DNA of 64,000 bases from NCBI RefSeq assembly GCF_902713615.1, contig NC_052154.1, forward strand, positions 74,209,495 through 74,273,494. The letters are read 5' to 3'. Shown piece after piece: positions 12,335-23,061 of this stretch. The number at the start of each line of letters is the position of its first letter. Position 1 is the first letter of the stretch. Position numbers and translations under genes: made by a program. The notes beneath the pieces are model-generated. The model saw only the letters and a list, made by a program, of their open reading frames with translations, had not been told where the DNA came from and did not search any database. Source of the DNA: Scyliorhinus canicula (Eukaryota).

Positions 12335-13310
12335 CCCCCCCCACGCGGGCCAGGAGCGGTGCGGCAGCGGCGGGCCCTCTTCTCTCTCTCCCCCCCCCCC
12401 CCAGACGCGGGCCAGGAGCGGTGCGGCAGCGGCGGGCCCTCTCTCTCTCTCCCCCCCCCCCACCAGACGGGCCGGGAGCAGTGCGGCAGCGGGGACCCTC
12501 TCTCACTCCCCCCCCCAGACGCGGGCCGGGAGCGGTGCGGCAGCGGCGGGCCCTCTTTTCTCCCCCCCCCCCAAAACCAGCAGCGGGGACCCCCCCAAAC
12601 CAGCAGCGGGGACCCCCCCCCCAACCAGCCAGCGGGACCCCCCCCAACCAGCAGCGGGACCCCCCCCAACCAGCAGCGGGGACCCCCCCCAACAGCAGCG
12701 GGGACCCACCCCCAACCAGCAGCGGGGACCCCCCCCAACCAGCAGCGGGGACCCCCCCCCCAACCAGCAGCGGGGACCCCCCCCCAACCAGCAGCGGGGA
12801 CCCCCCCCAACCAGCAGCGGGGACCCCCTCCCCAACCAGCAGCGGGGACCCCCCCCCAACCAGCAGCGGGGACCCCCCCCCAACCAGCAGCGGGGACCCC
12901 CCCCAACCAGCAGCGGGGACCCCCCCAACCAGCAGCGGGGACCCCCCCCAACCAGCAGCGGGGGCCCCCCCCCCAACCAGCAGCGGGGACCCCCCCAACC
13001 AGCAGCGGGGCCCCCCCCCCAACCAGCAGCGGGGACCCCCCCACAACCAGCAGCGGGGACCCCCCCCAACCAGCAGCGGGGACCCCCCCCCCACCAGCAG
13101 CAGGGACACCCCCCCCCAACCAGCAGCGGGGACACCCCCCCCCCCAACCAGCAGCGGGACACCCCCCCCCCAACCAGCAGCGGGGACACCCCCCCCCAAC
13201 CAGCAGCGGGGACACCCCCCCCCAACCAGCAGCGGGACACCCCCCCCAACCAGCAGCGGGGACCCCCCCCCCCACCAACAGCAGCGGGACACCCCCCCAA
13301 CAGCAGCGGG
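12335..13310. repeat. GC-rich tandem arrays: about 4 units of ~58 bp, then roughly 30 units of (C)nAACCAGCAGCGGGGA
   Basis: Directly visible repeat units with variable C-run lengths. Confidence 0.9.
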
Positions 13311-13555
13311 GACACCCCCCCCCTACCGCAGCGACCACCGGCCACTCGCCTCCCCCCCCCCCCCAACTGCAGTGACCACCACGTGGCAAGGACAAAGGGA
13401 CTCTCTCTCTCTTCCTGGGTGAGTGGGGAGAGAAAACAAAAGAAAAAAGAGACTCATATTCTGTTCTTTTTTAAAAAAAAACCAAAAGAAAACTGGTAAA
13501 GAGAAAGGGATTAAAATAAAGGGGTAAAGGAAAGAAGGGGGGAAATAAATTTTTA

Positions 13556-13591
<36 letters not shown>

Positions 13592-13673
13592 ATAATAAAT
13601 AAAATAGGGGCGGAAAAGGGGGGAAAGAAGAACAGGAGTGAAGAAAAGATGAAGGGGAAGGGGGAGAAAAAAA

Positions 13674-14650
13674 ATGCCAGAAGGGAGCCAAGAGAAAGGG
13701 GGCACCGGAAGTAGAGGGGCAAAGGGCAAGCCAGCTTGGGCGAACGAGTCAACCGCGAAGCAGCGGGAAGGATATCACCGCATCCAAAAGAGCTGGACGG
13801 GGGGCAACTCTCCCCTGGGGTTAGAGGGGCGTGCGTGAATTGGAAGGAAGCCTTTGCCGAGGTGGGAGGAGGAGCAGCTGCAGGCATCAAGGCAGAGTTA
13901 AAGCAGACGCAGAGGCCGCAGCAAGGCAGCAGTGACCAGGGCCATGTCAGGGGGTGCAGCAGGCTCTGACCAGATTGGAGAAGAAAGTGGATGCCCAAGG
14001 GAAGATACTGGAAGCCCAGGGGGCAACCATTAAAGAGCTGGAGAGGCAGCGACTGACGTGAGCGAGGGTCATGTCCCTGGAGAGGGAAATGGCGAAAACT
14101 GAGTGCAACACAGGGGAGCCTGAAGGGCAGGGTAGACGACCAGGAGAACAGCTCGAGAAGGCAAAATATTAGGATAGGGGCCTGCCAGAGGGGATCGAGG
14201 GTAGAAATCCCACAACATTCGTGGCTGCGATGCTGGGCTCCTTAGTGGGGCGGGAAACTTTTCCCACCCCACCGGAAATGGACAGAGCTCATCGGTCACT
14301 GCGCCGAAGCCCAAGGAAGGGGAAAAAACCGAGAGAGCAGTTATAAACCAAACTGCACCAGTACCGGGATAGGGAGACAATCCTGCGCTGGGCCAAGGAG
14401 AATAGAGCCTGCAAATGGAACGGCACGCCATCCGAATTACGAGGATCTTGGAGCGGACATAGCTAAGAGACGGGCGGAGTTCAACAGAGCGAAAGCAGCT
14501 CTCTACAAGAACAAAGTACGTTTTGGTATGCTGTACCCAGCCAAAACTCTGGGTCACATACCAAACAAGGAATATTTCTTTACAGCCCTGCCGAGGCGAA
14601 TAGATTCGGTCGAGGAGCACGGGCTGGAAAAACGCCATGGAAGTAGGGAC
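13674..14650 (+). pseudogene. L1 ORF1p, frameshifted
   Basis: Reconstructed across frameshifts: DQENSSRRQNIRI.GLPEGIEG..EMDRAHRSL..FGMLYPAK, typical of L1 ORF1 coiled-coil/RRM/CTD. Confidence 0.8.
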
Positions 14651-14923
14651 GAGGGGCCCATGGCAAGGAGAAACGTCATGCCGACGGGGGGGTGGGGAGG
14701 GGCGAGGCAAAGCCAGCCCCTCCCCCCTGGCAGGAACACCCAGAACGAAAAACAACCCAATGCCAAGGGCCGCTCCAGGTGGGAGGCCAGGCCCCGGCAC
14801 GAGGGAACGGGAGTACTGGAGAGGGGAGAGGAGAAGCGGAACAGCAACCTCCGAGAGGGGAGCCACCGTGCTAGCAGGAAAGCTAGCGACGGGGGCGCAA
14901 CAGAGCAGGGCCGCAGCGCACCC

Positions 14924-15423
14924 NNNNNNNNNNNNNNNNNNNNNNNNNNNNNNNNNNNNNNNNNNNNNNNNNNNNNNNNNNNNNNNNNNNNNNNNNNNNN
15001 NNNNNNNNNNNNNNNNNNNNNNNNNNNNNNNNNNNNNNNNNNNNNNNNNNNNNNNNNNNNNNNNNNNNNNNNNNNNNNNNNNNNNNNNNNNNNNNNNNNN
15101 NNNNNNNNNNNNNNNNNNNNNNNNNNNNNNNNNNNNNNNNNNNNNNNNNNNNNNNNNNNNNNNNNNNNNNNNNNNNNNNNNNNNNNNNNNNNNNNNNNNN
15201 NNNNNNNNNNNNNNNNNNNNNNNNNNNNNNNNNNNNNNNNNNNNNNNNNNNNNNNNNNNNNNNNNNNNNNNNNNNNNNNNNNNNNNNNNNNNNNNNNNNN
15301 NNNNNNNNNNNNNNNNNNNNNNNNNNNNNNNNNNNNNNNNNNNNNNNNNNNNNNNNNNNNNNNNNNNNNNNNNNNNNNNNNNNNNNNNNNNNNNNNNNNN
15401 NNNNNNNNNNNNNNNNNNNNNNN
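14924..15423. other. Assembly gap (500 N)
   Basis: Run of N; L1 on the left does not continue on the right. Confidence 1.
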
Positions 15424-16249
15424 GAACACCCTGAGAGACAGTCCTGGGTACAGGGAACACCCTGAGACAGTCCTGGGTACAGGAAACCCTGAGAACAGTC
15501 CTGGGTACGGAACACTAGTGACAGTCCTGGGTACAGGGCATGACAGTCCTGGTACGGGAACACCCTGAGACAGTCCTGGGTACAGGGAACACCTGAGTGA
15601 TAGTCCTGGGTACAGGGAACACCCTGAGACAGTCCTGGGTACAGGGAACACAGAGTGACAGTCCTGGGTACAGGGAACACCCGAGAGACAGTCCTGGGTA
15701 CAGGAACAGACAGAGTGACAGTCCTGGGTACAAGGAACACCCTAGAAGTCCTGGGTACAGGGAACAGACAGATGCAGTCCTGGGTACAGGGAACCCCTGA
15801 GACAGTCCTGGGTACAGGGAACACCCGAGAGACATCCTGGGTACAGGGAACACCCTGAGACAGTCCTGGGTACAGGAAACACCCTGAGACAGTCCTGGGT
15901 ACAGGGAACACCCGGAGAGACAGTCCTGGGTACAGGGAAACAGACTGAGACAGTCCTGGGTACAGGGAACACCCTGAGACAGTCCTGGGTACATGGAACA
16001 CCCCTGAGACAGTCCTGGGTACAGGGAACAGACTGAGACAGTCCTGGTACAGGAACAACCCTGATACAGTCCTGGGTACAGGGAACATACAGAGTGACAG
16101 TCCTGGGTACAGGGAACACCCGGAGACAGTCCTGGGTACAGGGAACAGACAGAGTGACAGTCCTGGGTACAGGGAGCACCCTGAGAGACAGTCCTTTGTA
16201 CAGGGAACACACTGAGACAGTCCTGGGTACAGAGAACACCCTGAGTGAC
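15424..16249. repeat. 29-31 bp minisatellite CTGAGACAGTCCTGGGTACAGGGAACACC (left part)
   Basis: About 27 near-identical tandem units. Confidence 0.95.
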
Positions 16250-16536
16250 TGATGAGCCATCAATTGCACGAGAGACGAGTTGCTATACAAAAGTTAGGGA
16301 TTAATAAGCTAGAACTTAGCCCTGCTGTTGTCTACAATAAAATAGATGACCGCCGGGCGCTTCGACTATTTATACTTCGGTAAGGAGGCGTGGTTAACTC
16401 AGCCTCTTGACCAATCGGAGAGCAGTCATATGACTGGTCTCAACCAATCGGTCGGGAGGCACATGACCAACCAGGGCCAATGGTAAGCCGGTGTTCTGCA
16501 CCACTGGCAGTCAGCTATGCAAATCATATCACCACG
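16250..16536 (-). repeat. 3' LTR of element B
   Basis: Direct repeat of 21659-21941; first base mutated (CG instead of TG). Confidence 0.9.
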
Positions 16537-16891
16537 TTCACCCCTTGCGGAGAAAGAAGCCGGGGGGGGGGGGGGGGGGTACCAACGAGAGCCGGGGCGG
16601 GGAGGGGGGGTGGGGAGAGAACTGGTGATATGAGTAGCAACCGGGAGGACAAAAATTTTCTCTCCTTTCTTTATTAAATTTGGGGGCTTCCCACTGGCCC
16701 AGACCATAAGCAATATTACACAAAGTCCCAACAAAGTCCATGGAGTTGTTGAAATTTAGATCGATTCGATCAGTCTGTTTGTGGCCCGTGACGTTCTGGC
16801 AGACCGCCGCAGTGGAGGAGGTGAGGTCGGTTCAGCCGATGCTGGTGGTTCCGCCTGGAGTCCGGGAGCGATGGTCCTTGAACAGTCTCCG

Positions 16892-19800
16892 TCACCCGAG
16901 CTGGCTGTGGAGACACCATGGATGGGGAAGGGGTGACCTGAGTGGGGCGCTGGGGGGAAATAAACAGGGGGGGGGGGTCTGTGGTGAAGGGGGGGAAGGC
17001 CGCACGCCAGCGGGTGCCAGGTCTCGGAGGGAGACCGTGTCCTGCCGACCGTCGGGGTACTCCACATACGCATACTGCGGGTTAGCGTGGGGTAACTGGA
17101 CTTGTTCCACCAACAGGTCGGACTTGTGCACCCGCACATGCTTCCGGAGCAAGATGGGTCCGGGGGTGACCAGCCACGTCGGGAGAGGGGATCCGGAGGA
17201 CGACTTCCTGGGGAAGTTAAGAAGACGTTCATGAGGTGTCTGATTTGTTGCGGTACAGAGGAGTGAGCGGATAGAATGTAGGGCATCGGGGATCACCTCT
17301 TGCCATCGGGAAATAGGGAGATCTCTGGACCGGAGGGCCAGTAGTATGGTCTTCCAGATGGTACCATTCTCCCGCTCGACCTGTCCGTTACCCCGAGGGT
17401 TATAGCTGGTCGTCCTGCTAGAAGCAATGCCCCTGTTGAGCAGGAATTGACGCAGCTCGTCGCTCACAAAGGAGGACCCCCGATCGCTGTGTATGTACGC
17501 GGGGTAGCCGAACAGGGAGAAGATGGAGAGGATGGCCTTAATGACGGTCGATGTGGTCATGTCGGGGCAGGGAATGGCGAAGGGGAAGCGGGAGAATTCG
17601 TCAATTACCGCGAGGAAGTAAATGTTGCGGTTTTTAGAGGGAAGGGGCCCCTTGAAGTCAATGCTGAGACGTTCGAAGGGGCGGGATGCTTTGATCAGGT
17701 GTGCACACTCGGGGCGGTAGAAGTGCGGTTTGCACTCGGCGCAGATGTGGCAGTCACGGGTTACTGTCCTGACTTCCGCGATGGAGTAGGGCAGGTTGCG
17801 GGCCTTAATGAAATGGTAAGGCGGGTCACCCCTGGATGGCAGAGGTCCGCGTGGAGGGAGCGGAGGCGGTCTATCTGCGCACAGGCGCACGTACCGCGGG
17901 ACAGGGCATCAGGAGGCTCATTGAGCTTCCCAGGACGATACAGGATCTCATAGTTGTACGTGGACAACTCGATCCGCCACCGTAAGAATTGTCATTCTTG
18001 ATCTTGCCCCTTTGTGCATTATCAAACATGAGGCTACTGACCGTTGGTCTGTGAGGAGGGTAAACCTCCTGCCAGCCAAATAGTGCCTCCAATGTCGCAC
18101 AGCTTCGACTATGGCCTGGGCTTCCTTTTCCACAGAGGGGTGGCGGAGTTCGGAAGCCTGGACAGTTCTGGAGAAGAAGGCCACGGGTCTGCCTGCTTGG
18201 TTCAGGGTGGCCGCAAGAGCAACTTCTGCTGCGTCGCTCTCGACCTGGAAGTGGGAGGGACTCATCGATGGCGCGCATCGTGGCCTTTGCGATGTCCGCT
18301 TTGATGCGGCTAAAGGCCTGGCAGGCTTCTGTCGACGGCGGGAAGGTCGTGGTTTGAATGAGGGGACGGGCCTTGTCGGCGTAGTTGGGAACCCATTGGG
18401 CGTAGTGCGCGAAGAACCCCAGGCAGCGTTTGAGGGATTTGAGGGTATTGGGGAGAGGGAGTTCCATCAGCGGGCGCATGCATTCGGGGTCGGGGCCTAT
18501 CACTCCGTTACGCACTACGTAGCCGAGGATGGCTAGACGGTCGGTGCTAAACACACACTTATCCTTATTGTATGTGAGGTTAAGGAGTTTTGCGGTTTGG
18601 AGGAATTTCTGGAGGTTGGCGTCATGGTCCTGCTGATCGTGGCCGCAGATGGTGACATTATCAAGATACGGGAAGGTAGCCCGTAATCCGTACTTGTCGA
18701 CCATTCGGTCCATCTCCCATTGGAAGACCGAGACCCCATTTGTGACACCAAATGGAACCCTAAGGAAGTGTAGAGGCGCCCATCTGCCTCGAACCGCGGT
18801 GTACTTGCGGTCACCTCGCGCGGAGGGGGAGCTGGTGGTAAGCGGACTTAAGGTCCACAGTGGAGAAGACCTTGTATTTCGCGATATCGTTTACCATGGC
18901 GGAAATACGGGGGAGAGGGATACGCGTCCAGATTGCGTAAACCGGTTGATGTCTGGCTGTAGTCGATGACCATCCGGTTTTTCTCCCCAGTCCGGACCAC
19001 CAGCACTTGGGCTCCCCAGGGACTGTTTGCTGGCCTCGATGACCCTTCCGTCAGCAACCTCTGGACCTCGGACCTGATGAAGGACCGGTACTGGGCGCTG
19101 TACCGTCTGCTCCGTGTCGCGACGGGTTTGCAATCGAGGGTGAGATTAGCAACAAGGAGGGGGGGGTCCACTTTGAGGGACGCGAGGCTGCAGACAGTGA
19201 GGGGGGGTATAGGACCGCTGAATTGGAAAGGTCAAGCTCTGCAGGTTGCACTGGAAGTCAGTCCTAGGAGTGCTGGTGCGCAAAGGTCAGGGAGGACAAG
19301 GAGTTTATCATTTTTTAAAACCTTCCCTTGGACCGTGAGGTGCGCGATGCAGCACCCGGTGATGTGGACGGAGTGCGAACCTGAGGCTAACCCGATTTTG
19401 TGTTTTACAGGATGGACAGGGAGCGCGCAGCGTCTTACCGTGGCAGGGTGAACGAAGCTTTCCGTGTTCCCGGAGTCCAGCAGGCAGCCCGTCTCGTGGC
19501 CGTTGAGGTAGCTGAGCGTCTTTGTTTTGCCGAGCGTGCGTGGACGTGACTGGTCGAGCTGAATGGCCGCGAGCCGTGGAGAAAATCCGTATTCGTCGTC
19601 GTCGTCCGAGTAGATGCTGGAAGAACCTTGCGTGCCAGTCCCGGAAGGTGATGCCCAGGATCCGCACGTGGAGTCGGGGTCCCAAGATGGCGGCGCCCAA
19701 GACCCGCACGTGGGGTCGGGGTCCCAAGATGGCGGTGCCCAGGACCCGCACGTGGGGTCGGCGCCCCAGGATGGTGGCGCCCAGGGCCCGCACGTGGAGT

Positions 19801-21640
19801 CGGCGCCCAAAGATGGCGGCACCCGCGGGGCCCTCGTGGTTGCTGGGGGTGGGGTTAGCGATGCCAGCGGGCCGATTGGAGCGGCTGGGAGCGGGGGCAG
19901 AGAGGCACACAGGCCAGGTGCGGGGGCCGGGGGGCGGCGAGCTGAGAGTAGCGCGGTGCGCTGGAGGGGCCCCGGAGGAGAGAGAGAGACACGCAGGCCG
20001 GGCGCGGGGGCGCGGGGGCGGGGGGGAGAGAGTTGCGCGGCGTCTAGGAGGGGACCGGGAAGGCCCGGAGGGGAGAGAGAGGCGCGCAGGCCGGGCGCAG
20101 GGGCCCGGGGGCAGGGGGGAAGAGTGTTGCGCGGCGTCCAGGAGGGGCCAGCAAGGGCCCGGAGGTGGGGATCCCTGGTCGCTGCGCGGAACCGCAGTAA
20201 CCGTTTTGGCCTGCCAGACAGTGGAACATAGAACATAGAAAAATACAGCACAGAACAGGCCCTTTGGCCCACGATGTTGTGCCGAACCTTTGTCCTAGGT
20301 TAATCATAGATTATCATGGAATTTACAGTGCAGGAGGTCATTCGGACCATCGAGTCTGCACCAGCTCTTGGAAAGAGCACCCTACCCAAGGTCAACACCT
20401 CCACCCTATCCCCATAATCCAGTAATCCCACCCAACACTAAGGGCAATTTTGGACACCAAGGGCAATTTAGCATGGCCAATCCACCTAACCTGCACATCT
20501 TTGGACTGTGGGAGGAAACCGGAGCACCCGGAGGAAACCCATGCACACATGGGGAGGACCCAAGCCGGAATCGAACCTGGAACCCTGGAGCTGTGAAGCA
20601 ATTGTGCTATCCACAATGCTACCGTGCTGCCCTTAAGAACAAATTAATCTACACTCCATTATTCTACCGTAATCCATGTACCTATCCAATAGCCACTTGA
20701 AGGTCCCTAATGTTTCAGACTCAACTACTTCCACAGGCAGTGCATTCCATGCCCCCACTACTCTCTGGGTAAAGAACCTACCTCTGACAACCCCCTATAT
20801 CTTCCACCATTCACCTTAAATTTATGTCCCCTTGTAATGGTTTGTTCCACACGGGGGAAATGTCTCTGACTGTCTACTCTATCTATTCCCCGAGAAGTGG
20901 GCCTTCTTCCTGCAGCTCTTACAGAGGGCAGAGCGGGCTGGGCAGCGCGGGCGAGAGTGTTTCGCGAACCTGCAAAAGTAGCAGCGGGGCCCCGTGGACT
21001 TGTCGGGGCGTCCCGCGGCGCAGGCCTGAGGGAGGTCGGGAGCGGCGGATAGCGGTGGGGAAGCGTGCCAGGAGGCCCAGGGTGGTGCAGCGCGGCTGGG
21101 GACATAGGCGCGGGCGTTTTGATCGGCGACCTCCAGGGAGGTGGAGAGAGTCCGTGCCTCAGTTACGCTGAGGTCGTCTTTCTCCAGCATCCGCTGGCGG
21201 ATAGCGGGGGACTGCATCCCAGCCACGTAAGCATCTCTGATCAGCAGTTCCATGTGCTCCGTAGCTGAAACTGCGAGGCTGGAGCATATCTTCCCCAGGA
21301 CAGCGAGGGCCTGGTAAAATTGGTCTAATGACTCACCGGGGAGCTGTTGGCTGGTGGCCAGCAGATGTCTGGCGAATACCCTGTTGACTGGTTTAAGGAA
21401 TTGTCCATTCAGCTTCAGTATGGCTACATCGTAATCTTTATCTTCCTTGATTATCGTGTAGGCTGCTGTACCCACGCTGGAGTGGAGGATGTGAAGCTTC
21501 TGTGCCATGGTGGGGGGGCTGTTTGCAGACTCCAGGTATCCTTCGAGACATGCTAGCCAATGTTGAAAAAGTTCTGCAGAGTTCTGAGTTTGCGGGCTGA
21601 TGCGGAGGCATTCGGGCTTGATCCGGAACTTCATCTTCAA
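16892..21640 (-). pseudogene. gag-pol of element B, frameshifted and interrupted
   Basis: ORF pieces 20879-21640 (gag, CYFCRFAKHSRPRC), LLDSGNT protease, 17871-18713 (RT), 16892-17890 (IN, DGRQDTVSLRDLAP). Confidence 0.9.
20227..20890 (-). mobile_element. CR1 3' fragment with a nested V-SINE (about 20305-20632), inserted in gag of element B
   Basis: AACATAG tail, CR1 signature, SINE head GGGCAGCACGG antisense; splits the second zinc knuckle. Confidence 0.75.
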
Positions 21641-21658
21641 AAATCTAGCTTATTAAAT

Positions 21659-21941
21659 TGATGAGTCATCAATTGCACGAGAGACAAGTTGCTATACAAA
21701 AGTTAGGGTTTAATAAGCTAGAACTTAGCCCTGCGGTTGTCTACAATAAAATGGACGACCGCCGGGCGCTTCGACTATTTATACTTCGGTAAGGAGGCGT
21801 GGTTAACTCAGCCTCTCGATCGGAGACCAGTCACATGACTGGTCTCAACCAATCAGTCGGGAGGCACATGACCGACCAGGGCCAATGGTAAGCCGGTGTT
21901 CTGCGCCAATGGCAGACAGCTAGGCAAATCATATCACCACA
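21659..21941 (-). repeat. 5' LTR of element B
   Basis: TGTGGTGAT...CATCA on the minus strand; TATAAATA near 21778-21785. Confidence 0.95.
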
Positions 21942-22389
21942 GTGAAAGTTCTGGGTACAGGGAACACACTGAGTGATAGTCCTGGATACAGGGAACACCC
22001 TGAGAGACAGTCCTGGGTACAGGGAACACCCTGAGAGACAGTCCTGGGTACAGGGAACACCCTGAGTGACAGTCCTGGGTACAGGAAACACCCTGAGTGA
22101 CAGTCCTGGGTACAGGGAACACCCTGAGAGACAATCCTGGGTACAGGGAACACCCTGAGACAGTCCTGGGTACAGGGAACACCCTGAAACAGTCCTGGTT
22201 ACAGGGAACACCCTGAGAGACAGTCCTGGGTACAGGAAACACCCTGAGAGACAGTCCTGGGTACAGGGAAAACACTGAGACAGTCCTGGGTACAGGGAAC
22301 ACCCTGAGAGACAGTCCTGGGTACAGGGAACACGCTGAGACAGTCCTGGGTACAGGGAACACCCTGAGACAGTCCTGGGTACAGGGAAC
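21942..22389. repeat. 29-31 bp minisatellite (right part)
   Basis: About 15 units, same consensus as 15424-16249. Confidence 0.95.
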
Positions 22390-23061
22390 TACTTTTGGGG
22401 AAGGAGGAGAATGAACATCAGGTCAGCCTCCCAGTGAGGGGCTCTGCTCCTTGTTTGAGGGAAACCGGTTTCCGGATTTGGTTCTGTGCTCAGTTTCCTC
22501 AGCAAAGATTCAGGTCTCCTTACACTCGCAGGGTGTGGGTGTGAGGAGAAGGTGGGAGTGACAAAGTGGAACTGAGTTCACTCCGTTCTCGGGGGTTAGA
22601 CAACTCTCCACCCAGGGTTTAACTTCCCCGCGGGGCCGGTACGATCTGCTGCAGTCCTGGGTTTTATTGGAATATTGTGGATTTGAGGATTGTCACAATT
22701 CTGGGTTGGATGCTGGGTGTTTACTGAGGGCCTGGGCAGGAGGAATGGGCTTTAGTTCCTGAAGCTGGCTGGGATGTTGCTGGAGTTGGTCAGGGAGCTG
22801 CTGCAGGGGGTGGGAAGGGGTGACAGATTCCTGGGACAGGGGCAATATGCTGTGGGATCTGACACAGCCAAACTGCCAGAAGGTCCCGCTCCCACTCTCT
22901 CTCTCTCTGGAGTGTTCCAGCACCTGCAGTAATCTACTTTTACATTTATTAACAAATCGTTTCCATAGACCGGGAGCGGGGGGGGGGGGGGGGGGGGGGT
23001 GATTGAACCTCTGATAATATTTCCGCTTTTATCTTTCGGGCAGATCTCGCAGTTTCTCAGC

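Larger units (their letters stand above)
12076..14923 (+). mobile_element. L1-clade LINE 5' UTR and ORF1, cut by the assembly gap
   Basis: Starts near GACTTCCGGG, GC-rich UTR, then a frameshifted ORF1. Confidence 0.75.
16250..21941 (-). mobile_element. Ty3/gypsy LTR retrotransposon B (same lineage as A), decayed
   Basis: LTRs 16250-16536 and 21659-21941; TSD GTGAC/GTGAA (one mismatch); PPT GCAAGGGGTGAA; gag with CCHC, PR, RT YLDN, RH and IN on the minus strand. Confidence 0.95.

Noticed and set aside
11908-13499. Long overlapping Pro/Gly-rich ORFs (up to 504 aa) on both strands
   Set aside because: They arise from stop-free GC-rich tandem repeats; open in nearly all frames with no domain signal.
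15424-22389. CRISPR-like appearance of the 29-31 bp repeats, and their ORFs
   Set aside because: Units are contiguous with no unique spacers, there are no cas genes and the context is eukaryotic.
22448-22502. Palindromic GGAAACCGGTTTCC and nearby AGTTTCCTC as immune transcription-factor sites
   Set aside because: About 5 kb from the predicted ATG and short enough to occur by chance; no supporting evidence.
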